A DNA stretch of 64,000 bases from Octopus sinensis. Lineage: Eukaryota. Below are positions 27,835-40,930 of this stretch, in pieces (the stretch's first letter is position 1; every line of letters begins with the position of its first letter). Both the position numbers and the translations under genes were made by a program. The notes below the pieces were generated by a model. That model made no database searches and was not told the DNA's origin. It saw only the letters and a program-made list of their open reading frames with translations. The DNA lies in contig NC_043007.1 in assembly GCF_006345805.1 (NCBI RefSeq), forward strand, positions 66,154,001 through 66,218,000. The letters are read 5' to 3'.

Positions 27835-28734
27835 TGCGTGGTCTCATTGTGTGTATGTATAAATGTGAGACTGCATGTTTGTAAATGTGTGTCACTGTTT
27901 GCGTGTGCATTTGTGTATCTGTGCGTGTTTGTGTATGTATGTGTGTGTATGTGTGTGTGTGTCAGTGAGTGTGTATGTTTGTGTGTGTGTGTGTGTGTCT
28001 GTGAGTGTCTGTGTGAATATTTCGTAATATGTTTTACTTTCAAGGTGCAGTGCAACTAACCGTGCAAGTCGCTGCATATTATCACGCACGAATTGTCAGC
28101 AGAGTTATGCAGCCTCTATCCAGCCCCGTCCATGTAACAACAGCACCCATTCCACCACAACCACCACCACTATCACCATCACCATCGCTAACACAACCAG
28201 CGACACCACGCCTTCGTCACCATCACCACCACCGCCATAACCTCAACCTGACACCGACACCAACATCATCTCGCACTTCCAATCATCGCCGCCGCCACCG
28301 CCCGCACCGCCACCCAGCACCGCAACCACCGCCACCGCCGCCACCATCGCCACCAAAGCTGTCACCACCACCACCACCGCTCCCGCTACCGCCATTACCA
28401 CCGTAATTACCATCATCATCACCATCATTACCCCCACATCACCACCATTACCTCCATCGCCATCTCGACAATCCCTACCCCACTATCGGCACCGTCTGCA
28501 GAATTGGCAACACTACTAAACACTACTGCCACAATAACAACGACCATCACAAGTACCACCACCACCACCACCTGCACCACCACCAACATCACTACCACCA
28601 CCACAACCACAACCACCACCAACAACAACAACACCACCAACAACAACAACACCACCGCCATCATCATCTTCACCACAATCACAAACTTTGGTTTCAACAT
28701 CTTCCACTTACCCATCGATTATTTATTTATTCAT

Positions 28735-28777
<43 letters not shown>

Positions 28778-29404
28778 TACCAAGTGTTTCCGCATCGCTA
28801 GATGTCGCTACTGTTGTTAAGTTAAAAACGAGATGGTTTCATAACATGCTATGTTTGTCTATTTCTGATGACAAAACTAATGGAAATTTTAGCCTCTTAA
28901 AAGGAATGCCTGTAGGGAATTAACATACGTTATCGCTAGAAATGAATAACATGACAATCCAAAGACCTAATCTTCGGCTAAATTATTGGTGAATTACTTT
29001 ATTTGCTGCAAGGACGACGGATGAAAGGATATGACAAGGAGAAATGACAGAAGCCGTAGGTGTTTACATAAATTCGACTTTATATATGTTCTCTTTCGTT
29101 TTTTAATTAAATTCTTCCTCTGAAGAAGGAGTAGGTCTCTAACAGAGATACAGAGACATGTATGTATGTATGTATGTATGTATGTATGTATGTATGTATG
29201 TATGTATGTATGTATGTATGTATTTATGCATGTATGTATGTATGTATGTATGTGTGTGTATGTATGTATGTATGTATGTATGCATGTATGTATGTATGCA
29301 TGTATGCATGTATGTATGTATGTATGTATCTATGTAAGTTTGTATGTTTGTATGTAGGTAAGTAGGTATGCATGTATATACATATATATATATATTGTGT
29401 GGGT

Positions 29405-29670
29405 CTGGAGGTGCATGGCTCAGTGGTTAGAATATCGGGCTCACAGTCATGAGGTAGTGAGTTCAATTCCCGGACCGGGCTGTGTGTTGTGTTCTTGAGC
29501 AAGATACTTTATTTCACGTTGCTCCAGTTCACTCAGCTGTAGAAATGAGTTGCGATGTCACTTGGATAACACCGGTGGCGTGTAAGGTGGGAAGGCTGGT
29601 ATGCATGAGCCACTGCTGGTCTTCTATAAACAACCTTTCCCCGTACTTGTACCTCGGAAGGTAACTTTCA
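29405..29670 (+). mobile_element. tRNA-derived SINE family C
   Basis: A box tggctcagtggtt, B box gagttcaattccc, then tcttgagcaagatac. Confidence 0.8.
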
Positions 29671-29677
29671 TGACCGA

Positions 29678-29722
<45 letters not shown>

Positions 29723-30092
29723 TGTATGTGTGTGTGTGTGTAAATAAAGATAAGACCCAAGGAACGAGGTATAGGAAGAAAGTTAGCTTTAAGCAAACCG
29801 TAGTAAATATTAAAAAAATATAGATACTTCAGGTCAAAAAGCTGTAGCAGACTAGCCAAAATTGTAGGCACTTCTACACTATCCCTACTGACTGACATAA
29901 AAAGTTATTTGTCCAAGTTCATATTTGTGCATTTGATAGACCAGTAGGGTTTTTACACACACACACACACGCGCACACACACATGCACACACGTAGGAAC
30001 GCACACACACACACACACATACATCTCTACTTCCGGTTGCACCCGCACAATCCTACCGTGCTTCTTTGATGTCATTCCAGTCTCGTACTTAC

Positions 30093-30203
30093 GCAGACGG
30101 ACGGAGTGTTCCCATAAGAATGTCTGCAAAAGTCTTGCTGCTCCATCCATTCGGAACACAAGCCCGAAGATAATGCTTAGATACTGCTGACATCCAGTAC
30201 CAT
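30093..30203 (-). CDS. Candidate 111-nt coding exon of an unidentified gene
   Basis: Acceptor gtgctgtctttctag|A, consensus donor |gtaagt. Two frames are open: GTGCQQYLSIIFGLVFRMDGAARLLQTFLWEHSVRL or WYWMSAVSKHYLRACVPNGWSSKTFADILMGTLRPS. Confidence 0.55.
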
Positions 30204-30474
30204 CTAGAAAGACAGCACTTCCATTAACTCATACTCCTGTGACATTAAATTTAAACACCGTGTGCGTTTGCGAACAAAATCTTAAAATAAGGAAAACAAA
30301 AATATATTTTATTAAACCCAATATATTTTCATAGAATTTGGTATCCATGTTGTCACATACACATAGCAAAAGGCTCCTGAAATTACTAAATGCGTTCATT
30401 AGATGTTCTTCCTTTATGTCTGCCATAACGTCCCTAAAGCAGACATAACGAGTCCTTGATATCATGGGCATGAT

Positions 30475-30695
30475 TAAAGTAGCGAGCTGGCAGAATCATT
30501 AGCGCGCCAGGCAAAATGCTTAGCAGCATTTCGTCCGTATTTTCGTACTGAGTTCAAAATCTGCCGAAGTCGGCTTTACCTTTCATCCTTTCGGGTTCGA
30601 CAAAAATAAGTACCAGTTGAGTACTGGAGGTTGATGTAATCGAGTAGACCCTTCCCCAAAATTTCAGGCCTTGTGCCTGCAGTAGAAGGGATATT
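30475..30695 (+). mobile_element. SINE family A
   Basis: gcgagctggcagaatcattagc...gagttcaaaatctgccg. Confidence 0.8.
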
Positions 30696-31560
30696 AAGGG
30701 TATGTTTGTTGGTCTGACTCTCAACATGCCCCAAACGTAGTAGTCCAGTGATTTTAAAATCAGGAGAGCTAACTGATCTGGAAATTTTCGACCATCTCCT
30801 GGGTTGCTTAGGTTGTATGAGAGGGAGCAGAATCTTGGTGGAGCACGTACGGCCTTCCCCGAGCAACTGTCTCGGTTTAAGGCTTGAAAATTATCTCAAT
30901 GTAGACTACTGTGTAGACTGCAGCATTGAACCTAGTGGGGATTATGATATGGTTCTCATTGCTCATAACTCCTAAGAACCTCATTGAAGATGAGAACTTG
31001 GTGTGAACTTGAAGATGAGAACAGTGGGGCTGGCGCAGAAGCATGTCATTCCTTCTATCCACTTTTAGATCTTGGACAAAGCTTTTCTCATATCGAAAGA
31101 ACTAGATCATATCAGACTCTCTAGGGGATTTGAGTTTCCTCAGTAAGCGCTTCGACTACATTACACTATTCTTCTGGATGTTATTGGACATGAACTGCTA
31201 TCTTCTCATATCATAGAATTTGTGTCTGACGTCTTCGTGCACCACTCATCTAAACGTTGACTCCGACAAATGGAGATGTTTGGCAATAGCCTTCATTGAT
31301 TTGCTAGAATTTCTAGTGACGATGCCCTGGACTTGCTGGACAAACTCGACCTTTTCTGATAATATCTAGCCGTCATTTTTTCCCCTTCTAATGACCACAT
31401 AAAACCCATTACCGCCATAAGTTTGGAAAACTTTTCGGATCTTAAACAAGAAGGACCTAATAACGATTCAGAAGGTTGCAAGCTCAGGACCACTGTGATT
31501 GGCGGTTAAAGCGGCGGGAACAGCACGCTTTTTCATCGCTTGCATTAGATGCGAATCATC
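30690..31560 (-). mobile_element. Degenerate DD37D-like Tc1/mariner transposase remnant
   Basis: Stitched translation SKSMKAIAKHLHLSESTFR*VVHEDVRHK...KRLLRKLKSP...LDYYVWG; many stops and frameshifts. Confidence 0.7.
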
Positions 31561-32341
31561 CATGATGAGGTTGAAAAAGGAGAGGATATTTAAAGCTTGG
31601 GACACTTATGGTTCATAAATGATTTGTCAAATAGCTGACGCACATTTTACACATGCACACACAGATAGACACACACACACACACACACACCCATACACAC
31701 AGACAGAGACGCCCACACAGACACAGACACGACACACAGACACACACACTTAAACAACATATCTGTTGTGCGTGCGTGTTAATATATTTTTTGAAATTAT
31801 ACAACATACCCTATGAGACACTAAATAATATATATATATATGTAAACATATATGTTATGTTATATTGTATATTATATGCGTATATCATAAAATATGCAAT
31901 ACATTACATATAGCTCATGCACCAGGATCAGCGCACACAGTGTATCCTAGACACTCTATAAAAAATAAACACATTGCATGTAATAACGAAAAAGGAAAAT
32001 ACAAAGAATTATAATTTAATTTACATAATGCATAATAAAATACATTACAATATAAGATAATATAATGTAAATGAAGGAATGCAAATAGTATTGTAAATAG
32101 ATGCACGTGTATAAAATATATATACTGTATATATAATTATGTAATGAATGAAATATATCTTCCTCTCTCTCTCTCTCTCTCTCTCTGCCTCTCTCTCTCT
32201 CTAGTTTCTTCCTATCTCTTCCCGCCACTTTCTCTCTCTTTCTTTTCTACCCTCCTGTTGTGCCTCCCTCTGTCTCTCTCCTTCTCGGGCCGACCAAAAC
32301 TTTGTGAGTGGATCTGGTTGATAGAGTGGATCTGGTTGACA

Positions 32342-32725
32342 GGAGTGGCTGTGTGGTAAGTAGCTTGTTTACCAACCACATGGTTCCGGGTTCAGTCCCA
32401 CTGCGTGGCACCTTGGGCAAGTGTCTTCTACTATAGCCTCGGGCCGACCAAAGCCTTGTGAGTGGATTTGGTTGACGGAAACTGAAAGAAGCCCGTCGTA
32501 TATATGTATATATATGCGTGTGTGTGTTTGTGTGTCTGTGTTTGTCCCCCTAGCATTACTTGACAACCGATGCTGGTGTGTTTATGTCCCCGTTACTTAG
32601 CGGTTCGGCAGAAGAGACCGATAGAATAGGTACTGGGCTTACAAAAGAATAAGTCCCGGGGTCGAGTTGCTCGATTAAAGACGGTGCTCCAGCATGGCCG
32701 CAGTCAAATGACTGAAACAAGTAAA
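32342..32725 (+). mobile_element. SINE family B, full length
   Basis: ggagtggctgtgtggtaagtagcttg...gggttcagtcccactgcg...gactgaaacaagtaaaaga; paralogues at 23028, 34471 and 55675. Confidence 0.9.
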
Positions 32726-33348
32726 AGAGAATTAAAGAGAATATATATATATATGTATATGAGAACTTCAGTCAATTTGTTGGAGTAAATCCTTTAATAT
32801 GGTGTTGCTCCAGTATGGCTTTACACCTATGATTGAAACAAGTAAAACATAAAAGATAAAGAAATAAATTTCTTAAAAACATACTTTCCCACTTTTCTAT
32901 GTCAACGACCGCTCACGCATATTACCTAAGTTATAAATGTAATGCATTATACTCCCGAAGTCCATTACGTGAACAACAGCCAACAATCACGAACCACTTT
33001 GAAATAATGGAGCGTAAACTTTGCGCTAAGGTAGATCATTATGTTTTACTCTGTATAGGTTGTTATTTCTTCTTGTTTGAAGATGTACTGAATAGACAGT
33101 TAACTAATACGCAGAAGATCTAGCGCTGTGGGATTAGATTTAATAAATACGGAACAGTGTTAGACAATGCATAAAAGTTAAATTGAATCAAACGCACAAT
33201 GTTTATATGTCTATGCGCAATGTGTGTATGTATACGCACAGATATATATATATATATTTATATACGTGTGTGGATATATTTATTTATCTATCTATCTATC
33301 ATTCTATCTCTCTCTCTCTCTCCCTCTCTTACACACACACACACACAC

Positions 33349-33418
<70 letters not shown>

Positions 33419-33539
33419 ATATGTATGTATGTATATATATTACAAATATTGTTATTTGTGGAGTCATATCTGTAGTGAAAAGAATTAGCTGTCTTTGGCT
33501 GCTATTTCTAAATTTTCGGTATGTGGTGAAGTAACTTGT

Positions 33540-33830
33540 TGCTAAACCCTTAATTATATTTATAATTATATATATAAAAAAAAAACCTTTTGTAAAAGTT
33601 TCTATCGATAATGGTTCTTTTTCCATACCGAAACTACTTGGTAAAATTTATTAATTATTAAATTAATAATTCTTTACCCTATATCTGTAATGGTTATTTT
33701 ACTCCCTGATAGCAAACTGCAGTTTTCTTTCTGCGGTACTGTCTTGTGACGCACATAATTTGGATGTGCTGACTACCTTGTGTTATGATCCGATGGTGCT
33801 TGGTTGGGGATGCAAAGGGTAGGTTTTCTA
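33540..33830 (-). mobile_element. Possible degenerate Penelope-like RT-region fragment
   Basis: HPNY...CSLLSGSKITITDIG*RIINLIINK...VWKKN loosely resembles the PLE RLINPSKSELGxISKxIL...WKN region. Confidence 0.35.
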
Positions 33831-34007
33831 GCATTTTCAAATTTGCTAGAAAACCTATAATTCTCGAAATATTATGTTGATAACGGAAATGAATTTTTAT
33901 AATTCTAATCCAGAAACGCGTCCATAATTAATCGAAGACTGTTCGATTTCGTTATTTTTCATTCTTTTTGCCTATGGGAGTTACAAATATTGTTATCTGT
34001 GGAGTCA

Positions 34008-34130
<123 letters not shown>

Positions 34131-34179
34131 TGTCTGTCTGTCAATCTATCTTTCTATCTATCTATCTGTCTGTCTGTCT

Positions 34180-34271
<92 letters not shown>

Positions 34272-34289
34272 GCATACATACACATGCAT

Positions 34290-34865
34290 GTAGATGACTG
34301 TATGATAAGAATTTTGCTTCCCAACTACATGGTTCCTGGTTCAATCCTACTAGGTAGAGCCTTGGGCAAATGTTTTCTACTGTAGCCGCCTCGGGACGAC
34401 CACAACTTCGTGAGTGTACGTCGTAGACGGAAAATGAAAGGAGCTCGTTGCATGTGTGTGAGTGAGCGTGTGTGGCTATGTGGTATGAAGCTTGCTTCCC
34501 AACCACATGGTTCCAGATTCAGTCCCACTGCGTGGCACCTTGGACAAGTGTCTTCTGCTATAGACCCGGGCCTACCAAAGCCTTGTGTGTGGATTTTGTA
34601 GACAGAAACTGAAAGAAGCCAGTCGTATATATGTATATAAGCCCGTCGTATACACAAACATATATATATATATATGCGTGTGTGTGTGTGAGTGTGTGTG
34701 TGTGTGTGTGTGTGTCAGTGTTTGTTTCCGCACCATCGCTGTTTACGTCCCGTAACTTAACGGTTCGACAAAAACAGACCGATAGAATAAGTCCTGGAGT
34801 TGATTTGTTCGACCAAAGGTGGTGCTTCAGCAGGGCCGCAGTCAAATAACTGAAACAAATAAAAG
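34290..34865 (+). mobile_element. Two tandem SINE family B copies (partial 34290-34450; full 34471-34865)
   Basis: Both match the 32342 copy. Confidence 0.8.
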
Positions 34866-34933
34866 AATATATATATATATATACATACATACATACATGC
34901 ATGCATGCATGCATACATACATACATACATACA

Positions 34934-34964
<31 letters not shown>

Positions 34965-35611
34965 GTATATATATATATGTATATGCGTGTGTGTATGTAT
35001 GTATGTATAAGGTATACACACAAATAGGTGGACTTACATATTCATATACATATACGATCATATCTACATATGTACAATATACACATATGCACAAACACAT
35101 ACACCAGCACGAACGCACTCACAAACATACATATACACGCAGACACACACACGCACTCACATGCGCGCGCGAGCACACACAGACACAGACACACACACAC
35201 ACATACACACACAAACATACACACACACGTACTCATACACGCCAGCGCACACGGGATTCTTGCTTGCGACATCCTTTGACGTTGAAAAAGACATGTCTTA
35301 TTTGATTAAAATGGCGGAGTTACGGAATAGAAATGCGTTTTTTTTTCTGTTTTTACTACTACACCATTTTCTCATCAACGATATTTCATCATTGAATTAT
35401 GTGTATCGACAACAGGGTGGTGGAGTGGTGGTGGTGCAGTGGTAGTGGTGTTGGTGGTGATCCTTCTTATTTGTTTCGACACTTACACCACTTCTTTCTC
35501 TTTCTCTCTCGTTCTTTCTCTCTCTCTCCCTCTCACTCAAGTTAAACAGAAGCATTAAAAGAATGGTAAGCACGTAGAGCACTAGTTAGGTACAATAGGA
35601 GATAGATAGAC

Positions 35612-35648
<37 letters not shown>

Positions 35649-35772
35649 AACAGACGGACAGACAGACAGATAGATAGATAGATAAATAGATAGATAGATA
35701 GATATGTTTCTTTATTGGCCACACAGGGCTGCACACAGATAACAAATTACAAGGTAGAGCTTTCTTTTGAAG

Positions 35773-35810
<38 letters not shown>

Positions 35811-35879
35811 GGGAGTTTCGATCAAAAGGGATCGTAAAAGGAGAGAAAGAGGACAAAAAAAAGGGGGTTTTTTTTTTCC

Positions 35880-36060
35880 TCCGTCTTCCTTTTCGATTGG
35901 ACTTCCCTCTGTATCTGAAAGAGAGCTTTGCTCGAAACGTAAAACCACCTTTCTTGCCTTCCCTGAGCGTCTGTTAATACTTTACAAGTATCACGTCCTC
36001 GCGTTGTTATTTTTATCTTGTGTTTGTTCTTCGTGTTTTGGTATTTATATATATATTTAT
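35880..36060 (+). mobile_element. PLE-type terminal repeat, family 2, with a decayed hammerhead-like motif (35911-35945)
   Basis: gtat CTGAaAGA gagc-ttt-gctc GAA acgt a aaac; homologous to the reverse complement of 59490-59700 (acgtcctcgcgttgtt shared). Confidence 0.55.
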
Positions 36061-37623
36061 ATATATATACTTACTCTATCTGTTCCCCCTCTCATTTTTC
36101 TTCCTTTCTCTCGCTCCCCTTCTCTTACATTTCTTGGACCTCTCTTTCTTTAACTCCTACTATTTACCACTCGTTTATCTCCCCTGCACCTTTCCCTTTG
36201 TCTCTGATTTTTTTTTAATCCTCCAATCCCACTCTCCCGTAACAATCTCCCCTCCTTCCATGTGACCGGTGTCCAGCCAGATATGATCTTTCTTTCTTGG
36301 CCTGACTACCAAACGTCAACACGTCTTGTGTCCATCTCCCATGTTCCTGCCTTTAGGTTTTCACTTCATACACGCCAGCTCAATATGAATCGTTCTCAGA
36401 CGAAAGACGCCTGTTGTTATTTTTTGTATTCGTAATTGTGTACCATGTTGTCTGTTTGTTTTTGTTTGTTTGCCTGGTTTTTTTTTTGTCTTTGTTGCCG
36501 TACACATTCACTAGCTTTCTTACAAAAGGGTGTAATGCTCTTTGCTTAGACTTTTTGGGAGACAACCAGATCGAACTATCTCAAGTGTAACTGCCCGAAA
36601 TGGTCGTGACTTCTGGTACTTGACTGACAAAAGAAAGCCAAGAGTCATCTGTCTTTTTTTTTTTTTTTTGCATGTCCTTCTAATTGTTGATTCTCTTGTC
36701 CGCCTTTGTGTTGTCTATCTGCCCGAACGTTTTAATACCCTCGATTCCGTTTTTGTTCCATTTATATGATAAAACTCCGAGTTTCGGATGTCGGGGTCGA
36801 AATCCACGCCACCATCTCTTCATTTATCCGGCCATCGGAAAAAAATTCTATGAAAATGACCGTTAAATAAAGCGAAATTACTGTATGACTGACCGTTATT
36901 AAGACAAAAGAGCTATTTGAATGAACGCTAAGTGAGGGGCGGGAGTAAAAGGGGATAAAAATGTACATAGTATTCGCGTAAGCGCACATGTCCATACATA
37001 CAGATGCGCGCCCGCACACATACGTACATGCACCTATAAGTATGCACTCATCCACCCTCACTTGAAACATACACATTGTCACCCACACCATTCGCCAATA
37101 TATATATACCTCTATATATATATATACAATCCCCCACACACGCGCGCGCACCAAAAAGGTCCATACACACGTCTATATACGCACAAGCACAAGAAATAAA
37201 CAGGGCTAAGGGCAACAATGCAGAAAGTGTAAAGAAGTGTAAAATAATATAAGCAATAAGAGTAAAACACGTCTATATACACACATACCCGTATGCACGC
37301 ACGCACACACACGTCTATATACGCACATGCACAAGAAAACACAGGGCTAAAGGCAAAAATACAGGAAAAGTGTAAAAAAAATGAGTAAAACACGTCTACA
37401 TACGTACATACTCGCATGCACGCACATATACACACATCTATATACGCACATACCCACACACACGCACACACCCATACGCGCGCACAAAGGATTCCATATA
37501 CACGTCTATATACGCACAGGGAAAAATGCAGGGTGGAAGGTGGAATACAGAAAAATTATGTGTAAAAAATATATGAGCAATAAACCTATAAAACAATATA
37601 TTTATAAATATGTAAAATATATA

Positions 37624-37836
37624 TATTAGAGGGAAACCACTATGTGGACACCCTTATGATAGAAATAGATCCGCTACGGTCTCACCACTAAGAAATGTTC
37701 TCAAGAAAATTGAGCAATTTTGCTAAATTTTTCTTGGCCTGACTGCCAACCTTCAGCACGTCTTGTGTCCATTTCTTAGTGGTGAGCGGATCTATTTCTA
37801 GCATAAGGGTGTCCACATAGTGGTTTCCCTCTAATA
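37624..37836. repeat. ~70-bp terminal inverted repeat element, TA-flanked
   Basis: tattagagggaaaccactatgtggacacccttatg...aagaaatg (37624-37697) against its reverse complement at 37770-37836. Confidence 0.9.
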
Positions 37837-38084
37837 TTTATATAGTAAGTTTTACTGAACCTTCAGTTTTTTTTATGCTAGACCACTGTTGTGAAAACGA
37901 TGTTAATTAAATTAATATCTAATTTCTCACCCTCATTTTAAATAATAAATATTTAAAATATATATATATATAAAAATATATAAATATATATGAAAATATA
38001 TATTTATATATAAAATGTATAAAGAGATGAAAAGCTTGTACGTGGACACAATATAGAAAGCAAGTCCTATCTGTAATCTGGCGG

Positions 38085-38480
38085 GGACCAAAAACGTAAC
38101 AAATATTTAGCCACATTTGGGCATGACCGAAAAGTTCAGGTCTTGAATTCAGATATGTAGCGGAGTCTAAGCTGCTTTTCCAGATGAGCCATCTTTCCAT
38201 ATCACAAAGACCGCACTGTCCACTGCTGTTGGTGTAGGGCTTACACTTGGCTAAGATCTTCCAATGGATGTTGTAACTGACCATATATGACTGGATAATT
38301 TGGTCGTTTTCCTTTTATCCCAGTAACTGAAGCTTAAGGTGTGGTTATTGAACCTGGCCTTGAAATTACCCTCTGTAAGGCCCACGTGTTTCTTCGTTGA
38401 AACCGTGTCCTTAGTGGATATAGAGTCCACGGTGGCTTCATGAATGATGGTCTCGGACATGCAAGCTCCAGGACACGTAC
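38085..38480 (-). mobile_element. Penelope-like GIY-YIG endonuclease C-terminal remnant
   Basis: CPGACMSETIIHEATV...HVGLTEGNFKARFNNHTLSF...TKLSSHIW, frameshift, then YNIHWKIL...CGLCDMERWLI...LNSRPEL. Confidence 0.85.
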
Positions 38481-38927
38481 TTACTGGTATACAAAAATAG
38501 AAATACACACACACGCACACACACACACGCGCACACACACACACACAGACACAGACAGACACACAACACACACACACACACACTGAAACAGTGAGGAAAA
38601 GAGAGAAGGAAAGAAAAGTTGGTAAGATAATGTCGTACTGGAGCAATGTCATAACTTTCTTGTATTTCAAACCCTTTTAAAACTTTTTTTTGCTTTAGTT
38701 TCCTTCTCTTTCTGTCTTTCAGTCGGTATTTAAAATCTTATTCTTCTATTTAAGTTATTTTCTTTTTTGTATATGTCTTTCTCTCTTTAATTCTTTCTTT
38801 CTTTATACTTTTCTTCTATCGTTTTTTTTTTCTTTTGATCTCTAAGGTTCTTTTTACGTTGATCTTCATTACTCATCTTTTCCTTAATCCTCATTTTCTT
38901 TCTTCCTTTTCTCCAATCTTCTCCATT

Positions 38928-38980
<53 letters not shown>

Positions 38981-39214
38981 GATGTATGATGTATAATTAT
39001 CACTGTGGTTGTCTTTACGTTTCATCCTTTCGAGATCGATAAAATAAGTATCAGTTGGGTACTTGAGTTGATGTAATCCACTAGCCCTACCCACAAAATT
39101 TCAGACCTAGTGTATGTATTAGAAAGGATTGTTTCCCAGTTATATATATATATACACGGAGACAGAAAGAGAGAGAGGGGGAGAGAGATTTGTATAGGTA
39201 TATATATATGTATG

Positions 39215-39256
<42 letters not shown>

Positions 39257-39343
39257 TATTAGAGACAAAACCACTATTTTGCAAAACAAACAAGGAAAGA
39301 CTTAATCAATACATAAAATTTTAATAAATAGTCAAAAAAACCG

Positions 39344-39386
39344 CCACTACAATCGTTTCTTGTCTTGATCGACAATCTTCAGGTGG
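39344..39386 (-). ncRNA. Minimal type I hammerhead ribozyme, copy 1
   Basis: ccac CUGAAGA uuguc-gaucaa-gacaa GAA ac-gauu-gu A gugg: complete core, stems I/II/III, GUA cleavage triplet. Confidence 0.75.
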
Positions 39387-39818
39387 ACTTCCAATCTAAA
39401 AAATCAATATTTTAAAATATAAAAATAATAATTTTAAAATAATTAAAGTATGAATGAAAAAATATAAGTATATAATCCATATATAACCTATCTATAATCC
39501 ATATATAATCAATATATAATTCCAAGCAACGCTAGTCCACCACCCGGTTACAATTCCCAACTCCACCCATTCATTCACAATTTCAACGACATTCGCCTCC
39601 ACAACGCTACATATAAGCCTCAACATATACACCGGAGATACACTTACACATCCGTGCGGATGGGTGAGAGTATACATTGAGTGTAGTGATGGGGCTCCCA
39701 TTACTATACACATTTGTACCTGTGTGGTAGTCTCCATGTGTATATTACGCACGGGTATAAATGCAGGGGGTACACGCGCACGTCATTTGCGTGTACCCCT
39801 CACATGTACATATGCATG

Positions 39819-40217
39819 CTATTTGGGCTCGATATATGCAACAATGTAATCGCGCCCGCATACATGCATATGGGCGAATTGCACTGCTAAATTCCTTAAA
39901 TATTCATTATTTCTATTTGGGTATTTATGGAATTCAATATTTTTTACCACCTTCCATATACTATCTTCAAGTAATTGTAATTCTTTATTAAATGGAGGTT
40001 CCTTTCTAGATTTAAATTTAGAGGTAAAATTATCATTCCTACTATCAATATCATTAAATAAATAAAAATTATAGTAAAAAGCTTTCCATTTAATTCTAGA
40101 AATAAAATCTTTAACATTATTAACAAGTTTCAAAATAAATTCCTTTCTAGAAGGAATAGGAATATCTTTCAAAGATGAATCCCAAAACAGCGGTTCTATC
40201 TTACCTGTAAAATCCAT
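39819..40217 (-). pseudogene. N-terminal ~105 codons of a Penelope-like RT/EN ORF fused to unrelated sequence
   Basis: SLKDIPIPSRKEFILKLVNNVKDFISRIKWKAF...FKSRKEPP...LQLLEDSIWKVVKNIEF fits the PLE N-terminus; similarity stops near 39905. Confidence 0.75.
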
Positions 40218-40449
40218 AATTTACGAAATTGAGGTATTACACTCAATATACAAAATTATCAATATTATATAAATAATAAATATTAGGGAATAAATCCAAA
40301 TTTACAGGGAAAAAATCAGATTTAGGATTAAATCGATTTTATAGTAGAATATTATAAAATATTATTAGAGACAAAACCACTATTTTGCAAAACAAACAAG
40401 GAAAGACTTAATCAATACATAAAATTTTAATAAATAGTCAAAAAAACCG

Positions 40450-40492
40450 CCACAACAATCGTTTCTGGTCTTGATCGACAATCTTCAGGTGG
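40450..40492 (-). ncRNA. Hammerhead ribozyme, copy 2 (variant)
   Basis: Same fold; GUU triplet and one stem II mismatch (gacca). Confidence 0.6.
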
Positions 40493-40930
40493 ACTTCCAA
40501 TCTAAAAAATCAATATTTTAAAATATAAAAATAATAATTTTAAAATAATTAAAGTATGAATGAAAAAATATAAGTATATAATCCATATATAACCTATCTA
40601 TAATCCATATATAATCAATATATAAACAATATATAAACTAAAAAAAAACCTATCAACAATTAAATATAAAATATAAAATATAAAATATAAAATATAAAAT
40701 ATAAAACAAAACAAAAAAAATAATAATAATATAATAATAAACTATATATACACCCATACACATATACCTAATTATATATAACCATATCTAACTACATACA
40801 CTAAATCACACACCTATATATATATCCCTATACATACACATAAAAATGTCTAGGCAACTATAAATAAATAAAATAGCTAAATACTTCAACACAATACTTA
40901 TTCATACTCCCACACACACACACATACAAC

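Noticed and set aside
29120-29150. Additional hammerhead (ctgaagaagg...)
   Set aside because: No GAAA or NUH downstream; at best a dead relic
29405-29480. tRNA gene
   Set aside because: A and B boxes are present, but the sequence continues into a SINE body and I could not form a complete cloverleaf
30093-30203. Assignment of the exon chain to a PACS-family or PH-domain gene
   Set aside because: Only short recalled resemblances, with motif order inconsistent; not enough to name a gene
22070-31560. Two DD37D fragments as halves of one split element
   Set aside because: They overlap by ~10 codons around DYYVWG, and the interval contains the best exon candidate; independent copies are more likely
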